Shown one piece after another: positions 25,077 to 37,272 of a DNA stretch of 64,000 nt (positions within the stretch are counted from its first letter, which is position 1; every line of letters starts with the position of its first letter). The stretch is from Zootoca vivipara (taxonomy: Eukaryota): the NCBI RefSeq assembly GCF_963506605.1, contig NC_083280.1:70680001-70744000 (forward strand), given 5' to 3'. The notes beneath the pieces were generated by a model. The model was not told the DNA's origin and searched no databases. It saw only the letters and a list, made by a program, of their open reading frames with translations. Position numbers and translations under genes: made by a program.

Positions 25077-25212
25077 CAGGCATCCCCAAACTCGGCCCTC
25101 CAGATGTTTTGGGACTACAACTCCCATGATCCCTAGCTAACAGGATCAGTGGTCAGGGATGATGGGAATTGTAGTCCAAAACATCTGGAGGGCCGAAGTT
25201 TGGGGGTGCCTG
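25077..25212 (-). mobile_element. 136-bp hAT MITE, copy 5
   Basis: Full TIRs; perfect TSD GCTTAAGA. Confidence 0.93.
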
Positions 25213-25762
25213 GCTTAAGACATCCTTTGGTGTGTGTGGGGGAATAAGGTATTGTACATTATGGCCACGTTTGCATAGTTTAGCATGAACTTGGGTTTCC
25301 AGGGCAGAGATTGCAGCTGGTTTGCTTGCTTCTTAATTCCTTTAGCACTACACTGTGTGGCAGCTAAACCCCCCAGGGTTTGGCTTAGGGTGTTGTCTGA
25401 ACCCCCAGCCTCATAGTTAAGCTCTCTCCTCCTTAACTGAGGGGCCTGACCACCAATTGCCACTGCCATCTTCCCTGCAAGTTCACAGGGTCTGCTTTGG
25501 TTTCATTTGATTTCCCATCTACACTAATAATACCAGAAATATTTGGGGCAATCTAGAGGTTGAAGATTTTGTAAATATACGTAGAGAGAGAGGTGCTACT
25601 TGAAATGAACAGGAGGTCACAGCACTGGGAACCAGCAATTCCAAAGGAAAACCTGTGCACTCAGGCCCCATTTACATGATTTGATTATTACATTTTAACT
25701 GTTCTCTCAGCTTCAGAGGAGCTGCTTGTGGATAAGTAGTTCTATGCAACAGGGAGAACATC

Positions 25763-25812
<50 letters not shown>

Positions 25813-26257
25813 GAATACTGTAGCTTTCAGAGCTGTCAGGTTTTCGCACATGAGGGCAACTAGCTTTAGAGTAAAAACAACAGGCACAAGCACAAGATGT
25901 CCCTGATTGTAGTTTGGAGCCTGTTGTTCTCAGCTAAGAGTTTTATAAATGAGACTGATTGCATTCAACTAAATATGGAAGCTGCTTATGGCCCTTGTAA
26001 ATCATTGTACAGTACAGTATATAGTCCTAGTGTAGAACTTAGTGCTCCACAAATTGCCTTCCCTTGATATTGCATACTTCAAATCTTTGCTGGGCTACTG
26101 GATAAAGATGGTGGCAGTGATACTCTATTGTGTATCTCTTTGCAGTCCCAATCAGCTACAATTTAGGCATAATTTTTATTTGTGTGTGGGGGGGACTCCC
26201 TTCATTCCATTAATCATCATAGCTAAATCTCCTTATCCATGTGAGGCTATAAAAGTA

Positions 26258-26430
26258 CAGTGGGTACCTTGGTTTAAGTACACAATTTGTTCCGGAAGTC
26301 TGTACTTAACCTGAAGCGAACTTTCCCATTGAAAGTAATGGAAAGTGGATTAATCTGTTCCAGACAGGTCCGCGGAGTACTTAAACTGAAAGTACTCAAA
26401 CCGAAGCGTACTTAAACTGTGGTAGGACTG
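26258..26430. mobile_element. Tigger/pogo-like MITE (173 bp)
   Basis: TA|CAGTGGGTACCTTGGTTTAAGTAC...GTACTTAAACTGTGGTAGGACTG|TA. Confidence 0.8.
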
Positions 26431-27631
26431 TATAAGGATGCTTCGGGGGGGGGGAGGAACCTGAAGCTAGTTCAGAGTAAGGGCTATGCTTGTCAAGAAA
26501 CTTTGCACTCTGAATTTGCTTCATATGCTCTTAATGGTGTTCTTATTATTAACACTGGTTGTGGGATGATGTCACTTTTACTAGGGACAAGGGGAAGTTT
26601 TCAAACCCAAAATGACATGGAAGCTGATTAGGGCTGCAAAGAGCAGCAAGCTAGGGGGTGGGTGGGGGAAAGCTTTGGGGAAATTTTAATTGCCCTTGAA
26701 CAATTTTGCTTTTATACATGTTTGCTAGAAAACAAACCCCACTTGTGACTTCATTTGCTCCTCCGTTTAGCCTGCTGCTGTCTTCTACAACTCACTTGCA
26801 GTAATAAAACCATTTCCCCCCTCTCTGGTCCCTGCTCAAAATCCCTCCTCCCTCTCTCTACCTGGCTTGAATTTAACTGCCTCCCCCTTCCCCCACGTGA
26901 TGCCTAAAAGAGTGTTAAGCAACAATTAAATAGATAATTCCCTCTCTAATCACTTACATGAGTAAATTAGTCTTGTCAGGAGCTATTAAGACAGAGAGCT
27001 CGGAATTCATTAGGCTAGATTGGGCCTATGGAGCTTCTGGCATCGCTGCTAGTCCAGGCTGATTAATTTCCTTGAAAACACTATCAATGCCCATCTGTTT
27101 CATTTAGATCTTTGGAGAGCAATTTTCAGGTGGACTGACCCCCTCGTCAGTTATTTCACCCAGAAGTAATGACTGACACACACAGCCTACTGCAGTGTGA
27201 AGAGGAAACTCTGTGTTTGTGTATAAAAGTAAAATATTCATGCACACTTGTTCAAGACCTGCAGCCAAAATTTGGCTGATGGTTTAAAATTGATTAAGGG
27301 AAACTTAAGTGTTGCCTCCTCCCTTGCAGTTCCTCAGCATGTGAATCTCAGCTAGCCTTTTCCCCATTGTTGTCCAACCCCACTTCTTCTAGAGTCCAGA
27401 CCACTCCTTCTCCTTTCCTAGCTTCTGCTGCTGCCCTTGACCTGCTGCCTTCTTCTGTGCTAAGCAAACTTGTGGGGCCAACTAATTCTGGTTTTGTTCC
27501 CCATCTTCCTCTCTGCTGAGTTCTTCAAGGGCAAGGAGGAGGCTGGCAGCCAGGGTCGCTTCCAGGACGAGATGTAAGTAAGAAGACAGGCAGACTGATG
27601 TTGGTGGGGCAGAGCCCCTTTTGCCCTAGGG

Positions 27632-27744
27632 CAGTGGTGGCGAACCTATGGCACGCGTGCCAGAGGGGGCACTCAGAGCCCACTCTGTGGGCACACGCTC
27701 TGTCACCCCAGCACAGAGTTACTATATGAAACTTCCAACCCCTG
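27632..27744 (+). mobile_element. hAT element terminal fragment
   Basis: CAGTGGTGGCGAACCTATGGCACGCGTGCC is a typical hAT-Charlie terminus. The right boundary is uncertain. Confidence 0.6.
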
Positions 27745-28414
27745 CCCATGACAATATTGGCGAGTATCTTAACTTATTTTTACAAACATTACCCTATTAA
27801 AGAATGAAAGATAAAAATTAGATAAATCAATCTAACGAACAGAACTGCAAAACATAATTAAAATACAAGGATCTACATTTTTTAGAGTACCCATTGAAAA
27901 CAGGTAAGCCCTTAAAGCCCTCTTAAACATTGCAAGGGATGAGGCTTGCCAGAAATAGGTAGAATTTGGCGGGGGGGGGGAGGGGGAGGAAAACCACTGA
28001 TAGTGGGTGGGGAGAACTGAGGTGATAATGAGCTTAGCTTTTGCCTTTTACAACACACTAGCTAGAATATGAAGCTGAGGGAGAATCAACCTGCAGAGAG
28101 GCTCACAAATTAAGAGCTACTCATTTAGACAGACAGCCTTGGAGAAGGTTATGCCTGTCCTGCGGTGTATGTAATTATTGTTGATCACTGAAGCATGTCC
28201 CTTCAAGACCGGATCTTAGATTTAGTTATGCGTAAGAGGGCTGCGAAGATAGGGAAGATGTACATAGATCTGATACCAGCACCAGTCTTGTTGCTTAACA
28301 ACAAGGATGCTCTTAGTGACTTTGATGCTACAATGTCATCCAGCCTCCCCTGCCCTCACTGTACTTCGCCCCCCTGCATTCACTTTGAGATTGTAAGATC
28401 CTCAAGGCAGGGAC

Positions 28415-28504
28415 CATAGCTGCCAAGTTATCCCTTTTTTACAGGGATTTTCCCTTATGCTGAATAGGCTTCCTTGTGAGAAAAGGTAAAACTTGGCAGC
28501 AATG
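28415..28504 (-). mobile_element. 90-bp hAT MITE, copy 2, inserted in an old L2-like tail
   Basis: Near-exact reverse complement of 18629-18718; perfect TSD GCAGGGAC. The host sequence gattgtaagatcctcaaggcagggac resembles an L2 3' end. Confidence 0.92.
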
Positions 28505-30231
28505 GCAGGGACTTTTAATCTGAAAAGCATCGTGCACATTGACAGAGCTACCTAAAAAAAATTGACATCTCATCTTGCATACAGAGTCTGAAGACTCCAT
28601 AAGCTATGTAAGGTTTTCACAAAACCCTGTACAGATTGCAAATCCCCATGCATCTTCCCCTGCTACGTACTAATGAAACCTAATGTCTGCATGTGCACAG
28701 AAGATATTTAAAGCTAGAAGTGTGTAAGGCTAAAGAAATACTGCAGGCGACGTGATAATGAGGTACTAATTGGGCATCAACCATGTGCAAATTAAATGAA
28801 GCCCAGCGGAAGACTGGAAAGCTATAGCAAAGTCAACAGTTGGCTCACTACTGAACTACATTTGTTTACATTGGACACAGTTTGATACACACTTAAATGC
28901 ATTTAAATGCCATTGATTTCAGCAGATTGAACAAGGGATGCTCAACTTTGCATTCTGGATTGTGTTCTGTGGATTTTGTTCTGTGTAATGTGGACTTGCC
29001 AGAAAGGGTTAGAGCCATTTCTGAAGTGTCGCACTGAAGTGACTTTTTTTATATATATAAAAAAGATATTTGTTATCTTTAAAAGTCCTACTGGTCTTTG
29101 CATGCGATGTTGATGTCATCAAGGAAATAATTTACTGTATTTAGCATTGTGCCAGTTTCTCAGATATCTCCATGCATTACCTTCATCCATATTCATGACT
29201 TATGGTTTGGGGAAAAGCATGCCAAAACTCAGTATTTCATAAGAAATAACAGGGCAGATACTGCATAGTTATGGATTGTGGCTAGTGTTGTGTGTGTATC
29301 ACTTCCCAAATAGTGGCAGTGCACTGGATGGAGACTAAACAGAAGTGTGTACACAGCTTGAGATTGCTGTGCAAGTATCAATGAAGCACTCTCAGTGAGA
29401 GAGTGCTTAAAAGGTGTTGGGAGAAAATTAATTTCTGAGAACAAGCTTCATTTTATGATAGAGTGAGATTATGTTTCTGCTTCTCGTGGAATTCTTTATT
29501 GCCTTTGAAAAGTTCGATTAACTTATGATCCATTGGATCATGGTGAAGTTTTCTTCAATCTAACTCAACTTCTGTGCAACTGGATGTCTGTTTCACCATG
29601 TCACAAAGAAAAAGGTTGACTGCATGTTTGAGGGGGCACTGGACAAAATTTTCTCTGGCACACCCCCTCCTCCTTTGGTAGGCTTATTTGAAGGGAGGCA
29701 GCAGTGCACCAAGCAGTACCAGGTGGCTGGATTTAGCCACCATTTTTGTTCCCCCTCATGTTGCGCCAGGCATTGTGGGAAAATAAAATGGCGGCCAGGT
29801 CCAGTCAACTGGCACTGCATATAACACTAGGACAGAAATATATATATTGAGGGAGGCTGACGACAGACATCAACAGTGGTCTTTGCTGAGAGTCTGGGCC
29901 CCTGGCGACTCCTCAAGAATGCCAAGAGCTGATACTGGCCTTAATGAGGAACACACACACAAACACATAGGCTCACCATTTTACACTGTGATTAAATGGA
30001 TGCCTGTCCATGTGGGAGTATATTTTCAAGATTTCATTTACAAGGAAATGACAGTGTTGGAGAAAAATCACTGGTATATGTTTACCATCATCATCATCCT
30101 GTAATAAATGATGACGAAAACATGTCTTAGGCTACTTTGCTTAAGTTTCCCCCCAGGTGGAATTGCCTTGCCACACCTTTCCTCGCTTACCTTGGCCTTG
30201 AGGCATTTGGTTGGTAGTAATTGGCTTGGTT

Positions 30232-30583
30232 GGGACCCAGGTGGCGCTGTGGTTAAACCACTGAGCCTAGGGCTTGCTGATCAGAAGGTCGGCAGTTCGA
30301 ATCCCTGTGACGGGTGAGCTCCCGTTGCTTGGTCCCAGCTCCTGCCAACCTAGCAGTTCGAAAGCACGTCAAAAATGCAAGTAGATAAATAGGAACCTCT
30401 ACAGCGGGAAGGTAAACGGCGTTTCCATGTGCTGCTCTGGTTTGCCAGAAGCGGCTTTGTCGTGCTGGCCACATGACCTGGAAGCTATACGCCGGCTCCC
30501 TCGGCCAATAATGCGAGATGAGCGTGCAACCCCAGAGTCGGTCACGACTGGACCTAATGGTCAGGGGTCCCTTTACCTTTACC
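30232..30583 (+). mobile_element. Sauria SINE, full length
   Basis: GGGAC.C.GGTGGCGCTGTGG head, ggttcgaatccc-like B box, (ACCTTT)n tail. Confidence 0.92.
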
Positions 30584-30733
30584 AAGGAGTGTGGTGGAGT
30601 CTCCTTCTTTGGAGGTCTTTAAGCAGAGGCTTGACAGGCATATGTCAAGAATGCTTTGATGGTGTTTCCTGCTTGGCAGGGGGTTGGACTGGATGGCCCT
30701 TGTGGTCTCTTCCAACTCTATGATTCTATGATT
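30584..30733 (+). mobile_element. CR1 LINE 3' fragment
   Basis: gtggtggagtctccttctttggagg...ggggttggactggatggccc...ccaactctatgattctatgatt. Confidence 0.88.
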
Positions 30734-30880
30734 AATAAAAGCCAAAGGCTGTATGCCAGAACGCTATGATATCCAGTATATGAGTGGTCTGCTACACAGC
30801 AGTTCCTTTTGAATTCACATGACAGCCTTTGTGTGGCCAAAGCGTGGTAATGAGGGCACAAATCAGAAGGTCTGATTCTG

Positions 30881-31647
30881 TGGTGGACGTGCCCCCAAGT
30901 GAGAGACTTCTGGGAAAAGATTTATAATGAATTGAAAAAAGTGTTGAAAAACACCTTTGTTAAGAAACCAGAAGCCTTCTTACTTGGGATAATTGGAGAT
31001 GAAATACCTAGGAAGGGTGCTACTTTTTTCTGTATGCCACAACAGCTGCAAGAATTTTAATTGCAAAGAATTGGAAGAAGGAAGAATTACCAACGGTGGA
31101 TGAATGGCAGACGAAGTTGATAGAATATATGGAACTGGCTGAGTTGACCGGGAGACTTCAGGATCGGAGTGAAGAAGCAGTGGAAGACGATTGGAAGAAA
31201 TTTAAAGTTTATTTAAAGAATAAGTGTAGAATAGAATTAATGGAAGTGAGGGAGATACAAAGAGGTTGTAGATAATATAATGGTAAGAGATAAGTATTGT
31301 TAGAATTAGATATAATTGAGTAAAAAGAAAGGATATAGTTGGGAATGTAAAATATTAAGAATTAAAAGGTATAGAAATAAGTTAGTATTAAGTAAAATTT
31401 AGAGATTATGTAGGATTTAGAAATTACTAAAGATGATTTATAATGGAACACAGAAAGAGGAGGAGTGAGGAAGTCAATAGATTAGAAATAAGGTTTATAA
31501 GTGAGAGTTTTTTATTTCTATGGTTTTTTGTATGTTTGTTGTTTTTTGTATTTCTGTATTTTGTATTTTTGCAGTTTTATATATTGTGTAGAGTGTGTTT
31601 TGTAGTTGTATGTTGTTGTTGTTATAAAATCTTAATATTTTTTTAAA
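30881..31647 (+). mobile_element. 5'-truncated L1-clade LINE (ORF2 C-terminus + 3'UTR)
   Basis: Translates WWTCPQVRDFWEKIYNELKKVL...[frameshift]LYATTAARILIAKNWKKEELPTVDEWQTKL...; 21-bp TSD AAATCAGAAGGTCTGATTCTG (30860-30880 / 31648-31668). Confidence 0.9.
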
Positions 31648-31899
31648 AAATCAGAAGGTCTGATTCTGCAGGAAAAATATATGAGCCATAGCTGCTGTTA
31701 ACTATTTATTAGGAAATTGGGTCACCTTTGTGTTTTCAAGCTGATGCCTCTTCCTCAGGGTCGGAATCTGTATGGCCTTATTTGTTCCCATCAAAAGAAT
31801 GCCTTGGGGAAAAACAAAAACAAAGAGTGAATTACATGATGAATAGTTAATAAAAGATGTGCCTCTTATTGTTGCAGTTTGTTTATTTCGAATACCATT

Positions 31900-32203
31900 G
31901 TGGTACCCAATGTTTGCTAGCACAGCACGAAAGGGCTCCGGAGACGGGCTGTTTAAAATGGTGGCTGCTCGAGTGCTGCTGCTGCTGGCACCAACAAAGC
32001 CCAGCCCCCTTCCTCCTGTAGGCAGGGCGGGGAGAAGCCAGGAGGAGGGAGGTAGGGAGGAGCCGCCGCCGCTGCTGTGTGAGGGAGAGGGAAAGAACAT
32101 GCACACTGGCGATCCACACGGCAATTCCTGGACCATCCACAGGCTGGATCCAGAAGGCAATTGGGCCTGATCCAGCCTGCGGACCTTAGTTTGCCGGCCC
32201 ATG
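31900..32203. mobile_element. Partial hAT element related to 18480-19074
   Basis: Shares ccagcccccttcctcc...gggagaagccaggaggagggagg and the ...gggcc.gatcc.gcc...tagtttgcc...ccatg end. The left boundary is unclear. Confidence 0.65.
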
Positions 32204-34628
32204 CTCTATAGCCCCAAGAGACTTGCAAAGCAGCATACAAAATACTGTTGCAATAAAAACAAGCAAACACACACAAAATGTCTAATAAAGGAACAGAAAT
32301 TACATTCTATCCATATGGTGCTAGGGCTTTTCATGCCCTTGATCTCCCCTTTGGCCAACTTCTACCAGGCAGTAAGTTATATTGAAATCTTCAGAGGCAG
32401 GGAAGTGGGTTTGAGCTGCTGTAACTTGCTCTGTCTAGGATGGAAAAAGTCTTATATAATGCAGCTCCCTTGAGGAGTGTCAGTTCCATTGCATTGCTGC
32501 ATGAAATCCCATACAGAGATTCTGCTATACAACACCTTGTATGAATAATGGAGGCATCATGGCTTGTACTGAGACAAAGGCCCTCCCTGTTTATAGCAAC
32601 ATTTCTTTATGTTATCATATGAAGATCACAGTGTGTTGCTGTATGTGAGAAATTGACTGCAGATGTGAAACTCTGCCCTCTTTTCTGCTGTGTGAAAGAG
32701 AGTTGGCTCAAACCTTTGTTCAGATTAGCAATTTTAGTGTAAACTATACTGAATACTAATTTTCACTGCTTGAACTGTTACATTAAGCACCTGTGCAGTT
32801 TGTTTATGTTTCTTCAGAACGAGGTCGGGAGTTTGAAGAATTAAATTACCGCCAGCAATTATGCTGTTTTAAAGCTCCATTCAGTGCGCTTAAGCATATG
32901 TTTTAATAACTTTCTTTTGTGACTTGAAACTGTGCTTACAGATAAACATATGTTTGGGGTTTTATTACAAGCTCATTTTCTGCAGTTCGGTGATATGCTC
33001 TGCTTTCAATTTGTAGCTTGCCTTTATTTATGGCTTAGGTTAGGGAGTTCCCTTCCCTCTTCATTGCATGAGAAATCTTACGTTTGAAGCTTGCAGGGGG
33101 TTGCGAACATAATTTTAACGTGACTATGGTGGGATTGTGGCTTGTTAGATTATTATTTTTTAATAAATATATTATGGCATTTATATACTACCTTTGGGGA
33201 AGTTCCCACCACAAGGCAGTTTAAAAGAACCATATAACATCTTGTGTTTATTGCTAACTAAGTCAGTATTTTGTTAGCTAATAGAATGAATGGAGTGCAA
33301 GTGTGGGAATATGATAAAGAGATATTTATTGACTACATATTGCAAATGCTCATACTTACTTTAACCCCCAAAAGACACTTGGTTGGAGCATCCCACTAGG
33401 CAGAGGCAATTTTCCAATCAGGAAGGTTTTTCCCTGCTATGGCTGGGGCAGCCAGGCATCCCCAGGGAGGCATTTGTGATGAGATGTATAGCAAAGATAT
33501 TATGCATTGGCAGTGATCCACTGTTTTGTATGCGTATGTAGAACTTGGGTGCTAGCACCTGCTTTTTCACGGGAAGGGGAATACTTGACGTGCACAGTGA
33601 AAAATCACCATGTGTGAGCCATAAGCAATCACAAATTCCCTTTGCGGAAGAGAAGGGGAAACACCCCCCCTTTATGCTCAGACCTTTATGTAGTACCCAC
33701 TGATCACAATTAAAATGACAGTTTTAAGTGTATGTAGGAGGAATAACGAACTTCTTGGCTAGCTGTTAAAATATATACTGGCTAGAAATGATCAGAAGAT
33801 TTGTTTTAATGATTTGCTCACTCACACTTCCGACTAAACTTCAGGAAGAACTTTTCAATTAATAAACACACTAATACATGTGTGTTTCTGCCCCCACTCA
33901 TGCCACACTAACTGGTCTTTCACTGAGAACAATGGAGGAATAAAAATGGTTAGCTTTGGGTTAACTGCCAGAGAGAACATAGGCAGCCACCTTGAATAGA
34001 TTTTCTGTGTTAAGTGTGAGTTTAAGCTTAAATGAGTTTCTGTCAAACATGGACACTGCAGGATTTGCTTCCAGATGGTGGGCCCTTGTAGATTTTGGAG
34101 AAAGCCAAGCACCAGGCAAAAGGCCAGTCTGACTTCGGGTGTAGAGCAAGCAGATGATTCTTTAGGAAGCAGGGATTGAGGAATTTATTTTGGCTTAATA
34201 AAACTGCTCAAGGAAATTACATATTGTCATGAAGCATAAAACATAATATTATTTAGCAGTGCTGGACAGAACTACGGATACTTTTAAGTATATACGAAGT
34301 GGTGACAGATTCCTCTTGCATTTTGCAGTCAGTTCTATTCAGATGTTTCTTTAAGAGCTACAGAGAAAACTGTGAAAAGAGAAAAGAGGGTAGATAGGTA
34401 ACACATGGTTTGCACTATTAGGAGAAAATAATTCTTGGTGTGCAAAACGAGGGATGAATTGACTCTGAATATTTAGCTGGAAGAGCTTACACAAAGGAAT
34501 AAAAAACGGCAGAGGAATTCCAAACCACTGCTGGCACCTATTAAAGCTGACTTTTGTAGTTTACACTTTTACTTTTTCCATCACTTAGAAGAGAGCAATA
34601 CATATTTCTGTAGTCCTAAAGTCTAAAT

Positions 34629-34997
34629 GGGGACGCAGGTGGTGCTATGGTTTAAACCACTGAGCCTAGGGCTTGCTAATCAGAAGGTCAGCGGTTCAAA
34701 TCCCCACGACGGGGTGAGCTCCCGTTGCTCGGTCTCAGCTCCTGCCAACCTAGCAGTTCGAAAGCACGTCAAAGTGCAAGTAGATAAATAGGTACCGCTC
34801 CGGTGGGAAGGTAAATGGCGTTTCCGTGCGCTGCTCTGGTTTCCCCAGAAGCGGCTTAGTCATACTGGCCACATGACCCGGAAAAACTGTCTGTGGAAGC
34901 GGACAAACACCGGCCCCCTCGGCCAGTAAAGTGAGATGAGCGCCACAACCCCAGGGTTGTTCGCAATTGAACTTAACTGTCAGGCGTCCTTTACCTT
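34629..34997 (+). mobile_element. Sauria SINE, full length
   Basis: Typical head and tail; TSD TAAAGTCTAAAT / TAAAATCTAAAT (11/12). Confidence 0.93.
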
Positions 34998-36289
34998 TAA
35001 AATCTAAATTTGGACAACAGGAAAAATCTTAGCCTTCCTGTGTGTCACTGATGACTATCATATAATGTGCTACAAACTTTGCAGAAAGCTAGAAGCTCAT
35101 CTAAGCATAGTAAAAAAAAGACCTCTAGTCTCATATGTGTCAGGATTTTAAATTGCAGATGTGATTGAACAACCTGGATATTTAGGTGTTGATGATCATA
35201 ACACCTCTCGTTCTACTGAAGAACTGAGGCAGGAGCCAACAATGCAATAGCTCCCCCCCCCCAAAGAACATCTGGCTATGAGGGGCTTTAAAAAAACAAA
35301 AAACAGATGTTGTCTTAACGTTCTTCCAGGCCCTGAAAAGATGGGGGAGGGAAGTCCTTTTATCTCTGGCTGATATTCTTCACTGTCCTGGATAAATTGG
35401 CCTTATGATTGGAATATTGTCTGCAGTCTTGTCAGGTACACTCCAATGAGTGACAGGTTATAGAAAGCAAATCAACCGAAAGCTATTACCCTCTTACTTC
35501 AGCAGAGTTTGAAAAATAGTCATAAATTAATGTTCTGTGCTGACTTGAAGGAAAATTCCCTACGTGTATTCCCAAACACATCAGGCCATAATTGTGCATG
35601 AGTGTGTGTGTGTTTTAAGAGGATGTGCAAAAACTCTAATATTTACACACCCCGTTTAACCGAAATCTTGTTTGGAAAGAAGCCAGGGAAGCCAGGATAT
35701 CATGGACTTTATAGTAATATCCTCAAGAACAACAACTTATAGGGGTTTGGTTTTTCCGCATCCCTCCCTCCTTGGTACAACAGGAGGAGTTGTTGCTTCA
35801 CCTTTTAAAATATCCAGGTCTGAAAAAGCAGACCACTCTCCCACTTCACAATTCACACACTGCTTATTTTACAGCTGATGGAAGAAAGGGAAAATTTATA
35901 CATTAGAGAAACTGATGTTCTCCTGAGCCAGACTCAGAAAAAAAATGTGTGTGTGTGTGAGAGAGAGAGAGGGGGGGGGGGAGAGAGAGAGAGGGAGAGA
36001 GAGAGATGAAAGCCCACCTCAAAAAAGATAAGTTTCTGAGTTCCACATTTCACTCCCGTCTCCATTTCAAATTAAATTTGAACTGAAAAACAAAGTGGTG
36101 TGTGTGTGTGTGTGTGTGTTTTAAGCACCTGTTATTGAATGTAACAGAACAAATATGCCTCCATAATATTTAACAGGGGAAGAACTGACTTGCTGGAGGA
36201 GCTAAATAAATAAATGGATGGATGGAGGCAAGGCTTCCCCTTCATTTATTTTTGCCCTGACCTCTAGCCTCTTATTCCTGTTTGTTTGC

Positions 36290-36760
36290 TTGGTTTTTTT
36301 TAAAATTTCACCCAAGAATCAGAGGGCAGTTTACATTATAAAAAACACAAAAATACACAAGATAACAACAAACAAAACAATGCCTCCCTCCAGTTTAAAA
36401 GGCCATAGATTGTTTAATTAGCCAAAGGGCTGAGATAAAAGTTTTTGCCTAGTGCCTAAAGATATGCAGTGAAGGTGCCAAGCAAGCCTCCCTGGGCAGA
36501 ACATTCCACAAACAATGAGACACAACAGAAGACCTCTTGTGGAAGAGGCACATGAAGAAGGGCCTCAGGTGATGATCGCAGGGTCCTGGTCAGTTCATAT
36601 GGGAAGAAGCGGTCCTTGAGGTATTGCAGTCCTGAGCCGCTTAAGGCATTATAGTTCAAAACAGCACTTTGCCTTGGGCGTGGAAACTAATTGGCAGCCA
36701 GTGCAGTCAGACCAGGATTGGTGTTATATTCTCAGACCGTTTTGTCCCAGTGAGCAACCA
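36290..36760 (-). mobile_element. L2-clade LINE 3' fragment
   Basis: The minus strand encodes LHWLPISF and ...ALSGSGLQYLKDR...RTLRSS (L2 ORF2 C-terminal motifs). Confidence 0.8.
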
Positions 36761-37196
36761 GTTCCATACAATATAATGGAGCTCCATTCAGTTGTATGGG
36801 TTGGGGAAAAGATGTTGCGAGCGTCAAATTTGAAGGTAGAAAATGAGGCCATTACGCTACGTGTAATACATTGCATTCCTTTGCATGGGAGTTGAAATAA
36901 AGATGCTGCAAAGGCAAAATAGGAGGATGTGGGGAAGGAGGGGATGAATTTTAAGTTGTGTGCATTAAGGCTCTTCCTGATACCGCACTCTCCGTACAAG
37001 TGTGGTAACTAGCTGGAAGAAAGAGCTGTTGGCCTACTCTCTGCCATGTGTCAGTGTCACCAAGTGCAAATGAGTTTAAAGAGATCAATTATTGTATTGA
37101 CTATGCATAACTTTGCATACAAATAAAACAATTTATCTGAAGAAAAATGCACATCTGTCATAGCAGGCGCAATCTGCATTTGTATTTATGTGTGTG

Positions 37197-37198
<2 letters not shown>

Positions 37199-37269
<71 letters not shown>
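37199..37269. repeat. (AG)n microsatellite
   Basis: Directly visible. Confidence 0.97.
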
Positions 37270-37272
<3 letters not shown>

